Numbered from the stretch's first letter, positions 39,047 through 47,746 are shown. The stretch: 64,000 nucleotides of DNA from Desulfobacterales bacterium (GCA_963674755.2 CAXXVS010000002.1:2048001-2112000), one strand, 5' to 3'. The notes: a model not told the origin generated them from the letters alone. Made by a program: numbers and translations.

Positions 39047-39073
39047 GATACCGGGGGCGCAGAGCGCCCCCGG
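39047..39073. repeat. Conserved GC hairpin element, copy 3
   Basis: GATA-CCGGGGGCGC-AGA-GCGCCCCCGG (perfect 10-bp stem). Confidence 0.8.
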
Positions 39074-39099
39074 CTATGGGCGGGATTTCAGAGCCTATC

Positions 39100-39294
39100 T
39101 TACAGCACCTTCCACCAAACCTTCAGGTACTTAGCGCTGTATCGAGCCATCTCAAGGGTCTTTTCAGCACCGTGCTGCCGTAACCAGATTTCGAGCATTT
39201 CCCAGATCCTGCCGTATTGACGTGTACCGGGAATGAGCATCCCCTCGGGGTCGATGCGCTTGATAGCTTCGGATATTGTTTCATTCGGGTCCAT
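39100..39294 (-). CDS. Small DPxG/PGT-family protein, copy E
   Basis: MDPNETISEAIKRIDPEGMLIPGTRQYGRIWEMLEIW...LEMARYSAKYLKVWWKVL. Confidence 0.75.
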   Translation of the reverse strand: MDPNETISEAIKRIDPEGMLIPGTRQYGRIWEMLEIWLRQHGAEKTLEMARYSAKYLKVWWKVL

Positions 39295-39352
39295 GACATA
39301 TCATAAAACAAAAAAGGGGAGGTGCCACCGAATCAGCAGTCGGATCCGCTAA
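39295..39352 (-). promoter_or_regulatory. Conserved upstream element / putative sigma70 promoter for leaderless mRNA (copy E)
   Basis: GTGGCA-N17-TATGAT-N5-ATG with an upstream CGGATCCG palindrome. Confidence 0.55.
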
Positions 39353-39460
39353 TCCGAATCGAGACTAAGAAGCGGGCTTGACGTACCATCATTGGTACGG
39401 GTGCCATTCTGGGACTAAAAACCCTCTGGGGCTATATCACTGTAAGGGTTGCCCAATAGG

Positions 39461-39594
39461 GCGAGAACAGAGCGAGAATGAGGGAATGCCTATGGGCATC
39501 CTCCTTTTTTATGGGGAAAGTGGTGAGAACAGAATGAGAATAAGTCTTCCCAGAAGCAACTCAGGGGGTCAGGCTTTGTTGCCTAACCCCCTGA
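39461..39594. other. att-like region: two 19-bp direct repeats plus a hairpin abutting the tRNA 3' end
   Basis: GCGAGAACAGAGCGAGAAT (39461) and GTGAGAACAGAATGAGAAT (39523); inverted repeat 39561-39574/39581-39594 (13/14). Confidence 0.55.
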
Positions 39595-39601
39595 TTTTAT
39601 T

Positions 39602-39689
39602 TGGTGCCGGAGGGGAGAATCGAACTCCCACGAGCGCAAGGCTCACCAGATTTTGAGTCTGGCGCGTCTACCAATTTCACCACTCCGGC
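39602..39689 (-). tRNA. tRNA-Leu (CAA)
   Basis: GCCGGAGTGGTGAAATTGGTAGAC...CCAGA-CTCAAAA-TCTGG, long variable arm, GTTCGATTC T-loop, encoded CCA. Confidence 0.97.
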
Positions 39690-39820
39690 CGAAATGAGTG
39701 CTATTCCATAGACAACCTGCCGGTGATTGTCAACCCAAACTCCACCCGTCGGGGCAAAACGTCGTTGCTGGTGTAGGTTGAGCAGCAGGGCGGTGGAAAC
39801 CGTCCTGAGGACGACGCCGC

Positions 39821-40471
39821 TTACGGTCCCGCAACAGGGCCATCGATAATAGTGCGAATGGCGTCCACCTTCACGGCCCCTTCGCGCAGAATCCGCACCA
39901 CATCGGGTTGCACATCGACCACGGTGGACCCGATGCCCGGCAGCAGCGGGCCGGCATCCAGAACCAGATCCGCGGCAGCCAGAATGGCCGGCTGGAGGTC
40001 TTCGATACGGCGACATCCCGGATGACCCGATAGATTGGCGCTGCTGGCAGTGATCGGTCTTCCCAGGGCGCGAACGAGGTGGCGGCTCACAGGATGCGCG
40101 ACAAGACGGATGCCGATACGGCCCGTGCCACCCATGAGGGCTTCCGGTAAAAGCGGTCCGGCCGGCAAGACGATCGTCAGCTTGCCGGGCCAGAAGGCAT
40201 GCATCAGGGCCGTCGCCCGGGCATCGATCCCCCGGGCATAGATCCCTGCCTCCGCGGGCGATGCCACCAGAATCAACAGGGGCTGCTGCCTCGGACGCTG
40301 TTTGGCCGTAAAGACACGCTCGACGGCCCGGGGGTTGAGAGCATCCACGCCCAGGCCGTAAAGATGCCGCGTGGGGAGAACCACCATACCGCCCCGGTCA
40401 AGACGATGAATCGCCTCTCGAATCAGGACGGGATCCGGACCAAGCGGATCGATGAAACGGATTTTACTCAA
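39821..40471 (-). CDS. tsaC: L-threonylcarbamoyladenylate synthase (Sua5/YrdC family)
   Basis: PT..LYGLG, AKQRP, FWPGKLT, ITASSANLSG, GSTVVD. Confidence 0.9.
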   Translation of the reverse strand: MSKIRFIDPLGPDPVLIREAIHRLDRGGMVVLPTRHLYGLGVDALNPRAVERVFTAKQRPRQQPLLILVASPAEAGIYARGIDARATALMHAFWPGKLTIVLPAGPLLPEALMGGTGRIGIRLVAHPVSRHLVRALGRPITASSANLSGHPGCRRIEDLQPAILAAADLVLDAGPLLPGIGSTVVDVQPDVVRILREGAVKVDAIRTIIDGPVAGP

Positions 40472-42236
40472 CCCGCTGAAGCGCTTGAGCCTTGCGTTCG
40501 ACCTGACGGGCCATCTCCGCCCGGTGGACCGTCAATCGCGCTGCCAGGTCGGGATCGGAAAGGGCCAGGATCTGAACCGCCAGCAGGCCGGCATTTTTGG
40601 CGCCCGGCTTGCCCACCGCCATGGTGGCCACCGGAATCCCCGGCGGCATCTGGACCGTCGACAGCAGCGCATCCAACCCCTGCAGGCAGGAGGAATCGAT
40701 AGGCACGCCGATGACGGGCAGGGTCGACTGGGCCGCCATGGCCCCGGCCAGATGGGCGGCGTGCCCCGCACCCGCGATGATAACCTTGATCCCTTTGTCC
40801 GGTGCGCTGCGGGCCCATGCTGCGGCCCGCTCGGGCGTCCGGTGGGCCGAGGCGACGGTGATCTCATAGGGTACGTGGAATTTCTTGAGCATGGCCACGG
40901 CCCCGTTCATCACGGCCAGATCGGAATCGCTGCCCATCACGATGCCCACGGCCGGCTGCTGCTGAAAACGCCGTAGCGCCTTCTGTCCGATATCCGTGCG
41001 GTAGTGAACCTTTCGCCATGTGATCTTCTCCACCGCCTGGTAGGCCCTGTGGATGGCTTTCTCGACGGTGTCTCCCAAAGCGGTAACGCCCAGAACGCGC
41101 CCGCCATTGGCCACGACCTTCTTGTCCTTGGTTCCGGTGCCTGCATGGAAAACCATCACATCCCTCATGCGCCGGACGGCATCAAGGCCGCTGATGGGAA
41201 AGCCCTTGCCATATTTGCCTGGGTACCCGCCGGAGGCCATGACCACGCAAACCGTGGCCCGGGAATCGATCTCCATCCGGCACTGGTCCAGCCGTCCCTC
41301 GATGATGGCCAGCATAAGGGGCACGATATCGCTCTTGACGCGCATCAGCAGCGGCTGTGCTTCAGGATCCCCCAGGCGGGCGTTGAACTCCAGGACCCCG
41401 ATCTTGTCGCCGTCGATCATCAAACCCGCATACAGGAAACCTTTATAGGGCCGACCCTCCGCCGCCATGCCCTTGACGGTGGGAATCATGACTTCCTTCA
41501 TGATGCGTTCGTGCAGATAGCGGTCCACGATGGGCGCCGGCGAGTAGGCCCCCATGCCCCCGGTATTGGGCCCTTTATCCCCGTCGAAAACCGCCTTGTG
41601 ATCCTGCGAAGAGGGCAGCGGCAAAACGGTTTTGCCGTCCGTAAAGGCAATGAAGGACGCTTCCTCGCCCACCAGGCATTCTTCGACCACCGCTTTGTTA
41701 CCGGCCACCCCGAACTCTTTTTTCACCATGACCCGATCCAAGGCCTCCAGGGCCTCCTTTTCGGTCTGGCAGACAATCACCCCTTTGCCGGCCGCCAGGC
41801 CGTCGGCTTTGACGACGACCGGCGCTCCCATTTTCTTGATATAGGAGCGCGCCGCCTGAACACGTGTAAAGGTCTCTCCCTTGGCGGTGGGAACCCCGTA
41901 TTTCTCCATAATGTATTTGGAAAAGGATTTGCTGGCTTCCAGTTCCGCGGCTTTCTGCGAGGCCCCAAAAATTTTAAGGCCCTCGGCCTCGAAGATGTCG
42001 ACCACCCCCTTGGCCAGCGGCGCCTCGGGTCCGCAAATGGTCAGGTCGATGTCCTCGCTTTGGGCAAAGGCCAGCAGAGCCGGTACATCTTCGGCATCGA
42101 TGGGCACGCAGGTTGCTATGGTTGCGATACCGGCATTGCCGGGGGCACAGAATACTTTCTTGACCAGGGGACTTTGAGCAACTTTCCACACATAAGCATG
42201 CTCCCTGCCGCCGCTGCCGATCACCAGCACTTTCAT
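40464..42236 (-). CDS. purD: Fused phosphoribosylamine-glycine ligase (PurD) and N5-CAIR mutase (PurE)
   Basis: GSGGREHA, KADGLAAGKGV, GPNTGGMGAY, EFNARLGDPE; then VGIVMGSDSD, SAHRTP, AGAGHAAHLAG, MPPGIPVAT. Confidence 0.95.
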   Translation of the reverse strand: MKVLVIGSGGREHAYVWKVAQSPLVKKVFCAPGNAGIATIATCVPIDAEDVPALLAFAQSEDIDLTICGPEAPLAKGVVDIFEAEGLKIFGASQKAAELEASKSFSKYIMEKYGVPTAKGETFTRVQAARSYIKKMGAPVVVKADGLAAGKGVIVCQTEKEALEALDRVMVKKEFGVAGNKAVVEECLVGEEASFIAFTDGKTVLPLPSSQDHKAVFDGDKGPNTGGMGAYSPAPIVDRYLHERIMKEVMIPTVKGMAAEGRPYKGFLYAGLMIDGDKIGVLEFNARLGDPEAQPLLMRVKSDIVPLMLAIIEGRLDQCRMEIDSRATVCVVMASGGYPGKYGKGFPISGLDAVRRMRDVMVFHAGTGTKDKKVVANGGRVLGVTALGDTVEKAIHRAYQAVEKITWRKVHYRTDIGQKALRRFQQQPAVGIVMGSDSDLAVMNGAVAMLKKFHVPYEITVASAHRTPERAAAWARSAPDKGIKVIIAGAGHAAHLAGAMAAQSTLPVIGVPIDSSCLQGLDALLSTVQMPPGIPVATMAVGKPGAKNAGLLAVQILALSDPDLAARLTVHRAEMARQVERKAQALQRVE

Positions 42237-42305
42237 ATAAACCTCCCCTCGCTCGTCGCTATTGGTTGCAATTAACCGCTCGCCCCCAAGGGCGGACGAC
42301 CCGCC

Positions 42306-43262
42306 TCAGGCGGCCCCTCCCCGCTTGGAGCGCCCTTCCAGACTGAGCGCAATCAACCGGTCCAGCAATCGGGTAAAATCCATCCCCGCTTTGGCCGCCG
42401 CCTGAGGAAACAGGCTGGTGGCAGTCATGCCGGGAATGGTATTGGTTTCCAGGACATAGATCTCATCCTGTTGAATAATCATGTCCGTGCGACTGTAACC
42501 GCGGCAAAAAAGCGCCTCATGGGCTTGGATGGCGCATCGCTGGGCCTTTTCCGTAAGGATGTCATTGATGCGTGCCGGGCAGATTTCTTCAGTTTCACCG
42601 GCCGAATATTTGGCCTGGTAGTTAAAAAAAGCATGCCCCATGCCGGGGATGATTTCAATCAACGGCAGGGCCTCCGGATCGTCGTTGCCCAGTACGCCGC
42701 CGGTTACTTCGGTCCCTTCCATATACTGCTCCAAAAGCACCTCGCGGTCGAACTTAAAGGCCTCTTCAACGGCTTCCCGGAGTTCCTTTTCCGAATGGGC
42801 GATCGCCATGCCGATGCTGGAACCTCCGGCCACAGGCTTAACGACGATGGGCAGCCCCAGATGTTGGACGCAGCCCCCCAGCTCCGGCAGGGGACCGCGG
42901 CGGACAAGGCAATAAGGCGGCACTTTGAGCCCGGCATGTTCATAGAGGCGCTTGGCGACCAGCTTGTTCATCGCGACGGCGCTGCCCAGCACGCCGGCCC
43001 CCTGGTATGGGATGTCGAGCAGATCCAGCAGGCCCTGGATCGTGCCGTCCTCTCCGAAGGGGCCGTGCAGGATCACCAGTGCGGCATCAATGTTGTCGGC
43101 ATGGGCCACCAGGTCGGGCAAGTCGGTTTGCGGGTCGTAGCGCTTAATATCGTAGCGCGTCTTGTCGAGGGCCTCATAGACTTGCTGACCGCTGTTGAGT
43201 GAGACGTCTCTCTCCGAGGAAATTCCTCCTGACAGCAAAGCAATCTTGAGTTTTTTCATCAC
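42306..43262 (-). CDS. ddl: D-alanine--D-alanine ligase
   Basis: GGISSERDVSLNSG, LHGPFGEDG, GSSIG, YQAKY, ETNTIPGMT. Confidence 0.95.
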   Translation of the reverse strand: MMKKLKIALLSGGISSERDVSLNSGQQVYEALDKTRYDIKRYDPQTDLPDLVAHADNIDAALVILHGPFGEDGTIQGLLDLLDIPYQGAGVLGSAVAMNKLVAKRLYEHAGLKVPPYCLVRRGPLPELGGCVQHLGLPIVVKPVAGGSSIGMAIAHSEKELREAVEEAFKFDREVLLEQYMEGTEVTGGVLGNDDPEALPLIEIIPGMGHAFFNYQAKYSAGETEEICPARINDILTEKAQRCAIQAHEALFCRGYSRTDMIIQQDEIYVLETNTIPGMTATSLFPQAAAKAGMDFTRLLDRLIALSLEGRSKRGGAA

Positions 43263-43320
43263 ACGGATTCCTTTGGGCTTGGCGGTGGGTGATCGGCTGC
43301 CATCCTGTCGGCAGCGGCTA

Positions 43321-43806
43321 TCAGGACCGGAAGATTTTTTGCTTGGCTTTTTCGTATTCGTCGGGCGTGATCAAGCCGCTTTGCAGTAGCCGCGCCAGTT
43401 CCGTAAGTTCCTGAACCTGTGGATCGCCCGTCCACTCCAATTGCTGGGAATCTTCCGAACGGGGGTGATCCAGCAGAGGAGGACCATTCGACTGGCCCAC
43501 GCGAAATTGCGCCAATCCGCCCAGCAGCGATATTTCGACGGTTTTGTTTCTGAAAAAGGGGGAATTCAGCGTATCCCGCAAACTGCGCCCCTCGGTCTTC
43601 AGACGCCGAAAAAACCAGAAGCCGGACGCCAGAATGGCCAGGCCTCCGAAAAGGACGATCCATATCATGTACTGGACGATGCCGCGGAAGAAAAATACCA
43701 GAAATCCCAAACCGACCAGTAAAATGACATGCAGAATTAAAATTAGGTAGGCCATCATGACGCTCTTCATGACGCCGTCACCATCGTTTTTTTTAAACAT
43801 GGGCAT
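43321..43806 (-). CDS. Membrane protein with C-terminal SHOCT domain
   Basis: Two TM helices; ELTELARLLQSGLITPDEYEKAKQKI. Confidence 0.8.
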   Translation of the reverse strand: MPMFKKNDGDGVMKSVMMAYLILILHVILLVGLGFLVFFFRGIVQYMIWIVLFGGLAILASGFWFFRRLKTEGRSLRDTLNSPFFRNKTVEISLLGGLAQFRVGQSNGPPLLDHPRSEDSQQLEWTGDPQVQELTELARLLQSGLITPDEYEKAKQKIFRS

Positions 43807-43954
43807 GTGGCTCTAAATCATCTCGCACGGCAGCGTCCCCTGAGGGGGGAGCACCGTTGGAGAGTGGAATATCTTGAAAAATAAAGGTGAAGCACGCGCT
43901 GGGTCGCGGATTGGCGTGATGTCCGGTCAAGATGGGGCGACGGTTCCGAAGCGC

Positions 43955-44341
43955 CTATTTGGGAGCATCCTTTTCCAACCTTCCCAGCAGTTGGTCGGCG
44001 TAGTACTGGGGCACCTCCAAGGCGGCCGACCCCCTTCGCATGGTGTTCAATTTCAGGATGAGATAGTTGAGTTTCTGCATCGTCCGATAGCGCTCGGCCG
44101 TATCCTTCATGCCGGCCAGCAGGTCTTCGGTGCGGCGAATTTCCTTTTTCACTTCTATCTCGGGGGGCAGGCAATCCGCATTTTTGAGGATGCGGTAGGA
44201 CAGTCGCAAATCCTCGGCAACCGAGTCGCCGATCACATCTTTGGGCAGAGGCTTTCCGGCACCGGCCAAATTATCGAACAGGCCGCGCCTCTGCGCTTTG
44301 CGGATGCGCTCCTCAACAACCTTTTCAAATCCGGTAAACAT
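43955..44341 (-). CDS. DUF1992 / DnaJ-associated family protein
   Basis: VEERIRKAQRRGLFDNLAGAGKPL; YRILKNADCLPPE. Confidence 0.85.
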   Translation of the reverse strand: MFTGFEKVVEERIRKAQRRGLFDNLAGAGKPLPKDVIGDSVAEDLRLSYRILKNADCLPPEIEVKKEIRRTEDLLAGMKDTAERYRTMQKLNYLILKLNTMRRGSAALEVPQYYADQLLGRLEKDAPK

Positions 44342-44696
44342 GGAGCCCTTCCATATATAATATTAGACGTGGTTGATCATCCACGATCCTGCCACCGGCC
44401 GTGGCCAATTAATATAATACATGGTCCGGCGGATGATCAAGATCTAAAGCCGCCGCTACACAAGGGCGGCAATGAAATGCCTGGGAGGACAGCGGCTGGG
44501 TTTCCGGACTGATTGTGGAGGGATTGAGACGCAAGAAGGATGCGCACCTGCCAACGCGAATACGATCGCTTTTCTTATTTCCGATCTCTTTAATATGACG
44601 TGCCCCACTATTTTTTTTAAATTGGGGGATCTATGGCGGGATGTCAATCGATTCCGAGGCGTTTCGGCAATCAATGGTCCAACGGAGATCGACAAC

Positions 44697-44729
44697 AAGA
44701 AAGGCTGCAATCCTAAAGAATTGCAGCCT
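44697..44729 (-). terminator. Probable intrinsic terminator downstream of tRNA-Met
   Basis: AGGCTGCAAT/ATTGCAGCCT 10-bp stem followed by a T-rich tract on the minus strand. Confidence 0.65.
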
Positions 44730-44741
44730 GTTCCGATCTAG

Positions 44742-44818
44742 TGGTGGCGATGCAGGGACTTGAACCCCGGACACTGCGGATATGAGCCGCATGCTCTGAC
44801 CAGCTGAGCTACATCGCC
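44742..44818 (-). tRNA. tRNA with CAT anticodon, probably elongator tRNA-Met
   Basis: GGCGATGTAGCTCAG...TGCGG-CTCATAT-CCGCA...GTTCAAGTC...CATCGCCACCA; paired G1-C72 excludes the initiator; Ile2 not strictly excluded. Confidence 0.93.
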
Positions 44819-44869
44819 GTGAAAAAGCAGCCTATTAGCAAGTCCGTCCCCCGAAGTCAAGCGCAAAGA

Positions 44870-47731
44870 TTATTTGGCGACCACCGGCAGGGAACCGGAA
44901 ATTTCCACGGCAAACTCCTGCAGTTCGATATCGGGTGGCAGGTCACCGAATACGACCATGAAAGGGACTTCCTGTCCGGGGGCCACGTTGACGTTCGTGT
45001 TGTCCAAGCCCATACGATTGTTCAATTTCTGCTGAATGTCGGCCAGGGGCAGGCTGGCCAGCTCGTCGGTCGGAACGATATTCCCGCAATAGGCCTTGGC
45101 CGCACGCTGAAACTTGCGGCCGTTGGCATAAACGCGGCCGGTCACCCGTATGTAGCTGCGGGAGCTCTTGTAGTCGTTTTTCACGCGTCCTTGAATAATG
45201 TAAAGGCGGCCGACCTGCTGATTCTGAACCCATTCCCCTTTAAGGGAGCTCTCTACCGGCAGAATCGCTTGATTGGACGGGCTGCCGAGATATTGTCCGA
45301 TGAAGGGTATTCCGGAGAGATCCGGCATTTTGATTTCTGGCAGTTTAATACCTGTATACTTCGGCAGGAGATAACCCGCCCCTCCAAGCAGAACTAAAAT
45401 AAAGAGAAGTACCAGGCCTTTGCTCGATTTCTTCTTCCGCTTCATGGGCGGCGCTGGTTTGATTGGCTTCGTCTCCATTGGCGGTGCGGCCATGGTCTGG
45501 GTGTCGGCCGCCGCCATTTCATCCATGAGTTCCTGTGTCAGATCCCGGTCATGCGGACGGCCTGGTTGGCCGGCAGCCACGGCAATCGGTTCCGAAAGGG
45601 TGTCCGCCGAAATATCTTCGGCATCGAGATCAAGGTCGACCTCCTCCACGGCAAGGTCGTCATCCATGATCTCAAAATCGAGGTCGCCCTCAATATCCTT
45701 GGCATCTGCCTCCCCTCCGCCACTGCCCGTAAGGTCAAGACCGAGGTCCTCCGACTCGGAGGTATCGAACAACGCCGAAGCTTGGGCCGGTTCCTCATCC
45801 AACATGTCGAATTCGAGATCCAGATCGTCGCTTTCCTCGGTCGACGGCTGAAGTTCGAAGTCGAGATCCAGATCGTCCATATCGTCATCGGCAGCCGTAG
45901 GGGAATCGGTGGTATCTTCCACATCCAGCATCTTTTCAAGTTCGGAAAGATCCAGAGCGGCATCTGCGTCGGTGGTCTCTTCGTCTGTTTCCTCGGCCTC
46001 CTCTGCGGGCGACGCCACGCTGCCCATATCCAAATCGAGGTCGAGGTCGAGGTCTTCGGATGGTGAGGCTTCCTCGGCCGTATCTTCGCCGACCCCGTCC
46101 ATCTCCAGAATTTTCTCGATGTCATTCAGATCGAGTTCGCGCGTGGCGTCATCCATATCATCGTCGCCACCCTCATCCAGGCTGTCGAGATCGATGTCGA
46201 GCTCCAGGCTGTCGGAGGGCAGATCATCTCCCTCTCCGGAGCTATCTTCCATTCCTTCAAGCAGGGATTCCAGCTCATCGACTTCCAGCTCGCGGGTTTC
46301 TTCGGCAATATCCTCTGTCGATCGAGAGGCTTCCGGGCTATCCGCCAACGCGTCGTCCTCCAGGAAAAGATCGAGTTCATCGGCCCCGTCCTTTCCGGTG
46401 TCATCAAGATCCATCTCCAGCTTGAGTTCGGGCGCTTCGGCTTCCTCGACAGCATCGGCCGCCTTGTCGGGGCTTTCGTCAAGGGCTTGGCTCAAATCGG
46501 AAAAATCGAGTTCCGGCAGTGCCTCTTCATCGGAAGGCATCGCGGTAGCGTCATCCTCCTCCAAGGACAACGCCAGGTCGCCTAAATCATCCGGCTCACC
46601 CTGCTGCCCTTCCGGGGTAGCCTCTTCCAAATCAAGATCAAGTTCGAGTTCTTGATCCTCTTCGTCGGGCTCATCGTCTTCGTCGGGCTCATCGTCACTC
46701 GACGCAAAATCGGCTTCGAGCTCGGAGAAATCCAGCTCCTCGGTTTCCTCAAGCGGCACGTCCCCAGCGTCATCTTCATCGAAAATGCCGTCAAGTCCGG
46801 GGGCCAACTCGAAATCCAGATCCAAGTCATCACCGGCATCACCTGCGGCCGACCCTTCCTCAGCCTCCGGGGCATCACTGATTTCGGACACCCCGATTTC
46901 CTCGGTTTCTTCGAGAAGGGGCTCCCGGCCGTCGTCTTTCAAAAGATCTTCCAGGTTGGAATCCAGATCCAGATTGATTTCATCCGCAACGGGAGAGGCC
47001 TCCTCCTGCGCCCCGACCCCGGCCTCTGGCTCAATCCCGCCGATCGACTCTTCCACGGCAGCGATTTCATCACCCAGTCCGGTATCCTCCTCCAGGAGAT
47101 GCTCAAGATCTTCCAGATCGAGATCCAGCTCTTCAATGACGCTGTCTTCCTCCTCGATCGCTCCGATTCCGGCATCATCCGGTAGGCTTTCCCCGAAATC
47201 GAGCTCTTCGGAATCCACCGCCTCACGGCCCTGTTGCGCCCCGGGTGAGTCACCTTCGGCGTCGAGCATTTTTTCGAGATCAGCCAGATTGAGCTCTTCT
47301 GTCTTGAAATCCTCTTCGGGCGACGGGCGCGACGACGGGCTCTCGTCCTCGCTCAGCAACTGGTCCAGCTCATCGAGATTGATCTCATCGGTCACCAGGT
47401 CGTCATCTTCGGACAGCGCTTCCCCGATTTCTTCATCCGCAAAGAATTTGAGCTCCGGCGGCGCCGCTTCTGGGAGGTCTGTTTCTTGGGCGCCATCTTC
47501 CGCCAAACCCGCTGCAACCGCCCCCAAAACAGCACCTGTTGCTGCAAGACCTGCCGCTCCCGCCGCCGTGCCATCGTCGTCAGGCTCAAGGCGTCCCCTG
47601 GTCGAAGTCTCCGGAGGAAACGCCACCCAAATATTCTGACACAGGGAGCAGCGCACCTTTGAGCCGGTCCCTTTCAGTAACGTTTCATCCAAATTGAAAC
47701 TGGTACTGCATTTCTGGCAGGTAAGAATCAT
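44870..47731 (-). CDS. Zinc-ribbon + long acidic repeat region + TM + DUF3426-like domain (ZitP-like architecture)
   Basis: CQKC...KVRCSLC; ~700 aa D/E-rich region; KRKKK + TM; LYIIQGRVKN...PFMVVF C-terminal domain. Confidence 0.82.
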   Translation of the reverse strand: MILTCQKCSTSFNLDETLLKGTGSKVRCSLCQNIWVAFPPETSTRGRLEPDDDGTAAGAAGLAATGAVLGAVAAGLAEDGAQETDLPEAAPPELKFFADEEIGEALSEDDDLVTDEINLDELDQLLSEDESPSSRPSPEEDFKTEELNLADLEKMLDAEGDSPGAQQGREAVDSEELDFGESLPDDAGIGAIEEEDSVIEELDLDLEDLEHLLEEDTGLGDEIAAVEESIGGIEPEAGVGAQEEASPVADEINLDLDSNLEDLLKDDGREPLLEETEEIGVSEISDAPEAEEGSAAGDAGDDLDLDFELAPGLDGIFDEDDAGDVPLEETEELDFSELEADFASSDDEPDEDDEPDEEDQELELDLDLEEATPEGQQGEPDDLGDLALSLEEDDATAMPSDEEALPELDFSDLSQALDESPDKAADAVEEAEAPELKLEMDLDDTGKDGADELDLFLEDDALADSPEASRSTEDIAEETRELEVDELESLLEGMEDSSGEGDDLPSDSLELDIDLDSLDEGGDDDMDDATRELDLNDIEKILEMDGVGEDTAEEASPSEDLDLDLDLDMGSVASPAEEAEETDEETTDADAALDLSELEKMLDVEDTTDSPTAADDDMDDLDLDFELQPSTEESDDLDLEFDMLDEEPAQASALFDTSESEDLGLDLTGSGGGEADAKDIEGDLDFEIMDDDLAVEEVDLDLDAEDISADTLSEPIAVAAGQPGRPHDRDLTQELMDEMAAADTQTMAAPPMETKPIKPAPPMKRKKKSSKGLVLLFILVLLGGAGYLLPKYTGIKLPEIKMPDLSGIPFIGQYLGSPSNQAILPVESSLKGEWVQNQQVGRLYIIQGRVKNDYKSSRSYIRVTGRVYANGRKFQRAAKAYCGNIVPTDELASLPLADIQQKLNNRMGLDNTNVNVAPGQEVPFMVVFGDLPPDIELQEFAVEISGSLPVVAK

Positions 47732-47746
47732 GACACACCCCAACGG

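Larger units (their letters stand above)
33480..39601. mobile_element. Degenerate genomic island / integrative-element remnant at the 3' end of tRNA-Leu (no integrase seen; left boundary approximate)
   Basis: Visibly AT-richer than the flanks; gene fragments, paralog repeats, att-like hairpin and arm-type-like repeats next to the tRNA. Confidence 0.7.

Noticed and set aside
35914..39073. Hairpin repeats as a CRISPR array or integron attC sites
   Set aside because: Spacing is irregular (about 2.7 kb and 0.45 kb), there are no cas or intI genes, and there are no RYYYAAC...GTTRRRY ends.
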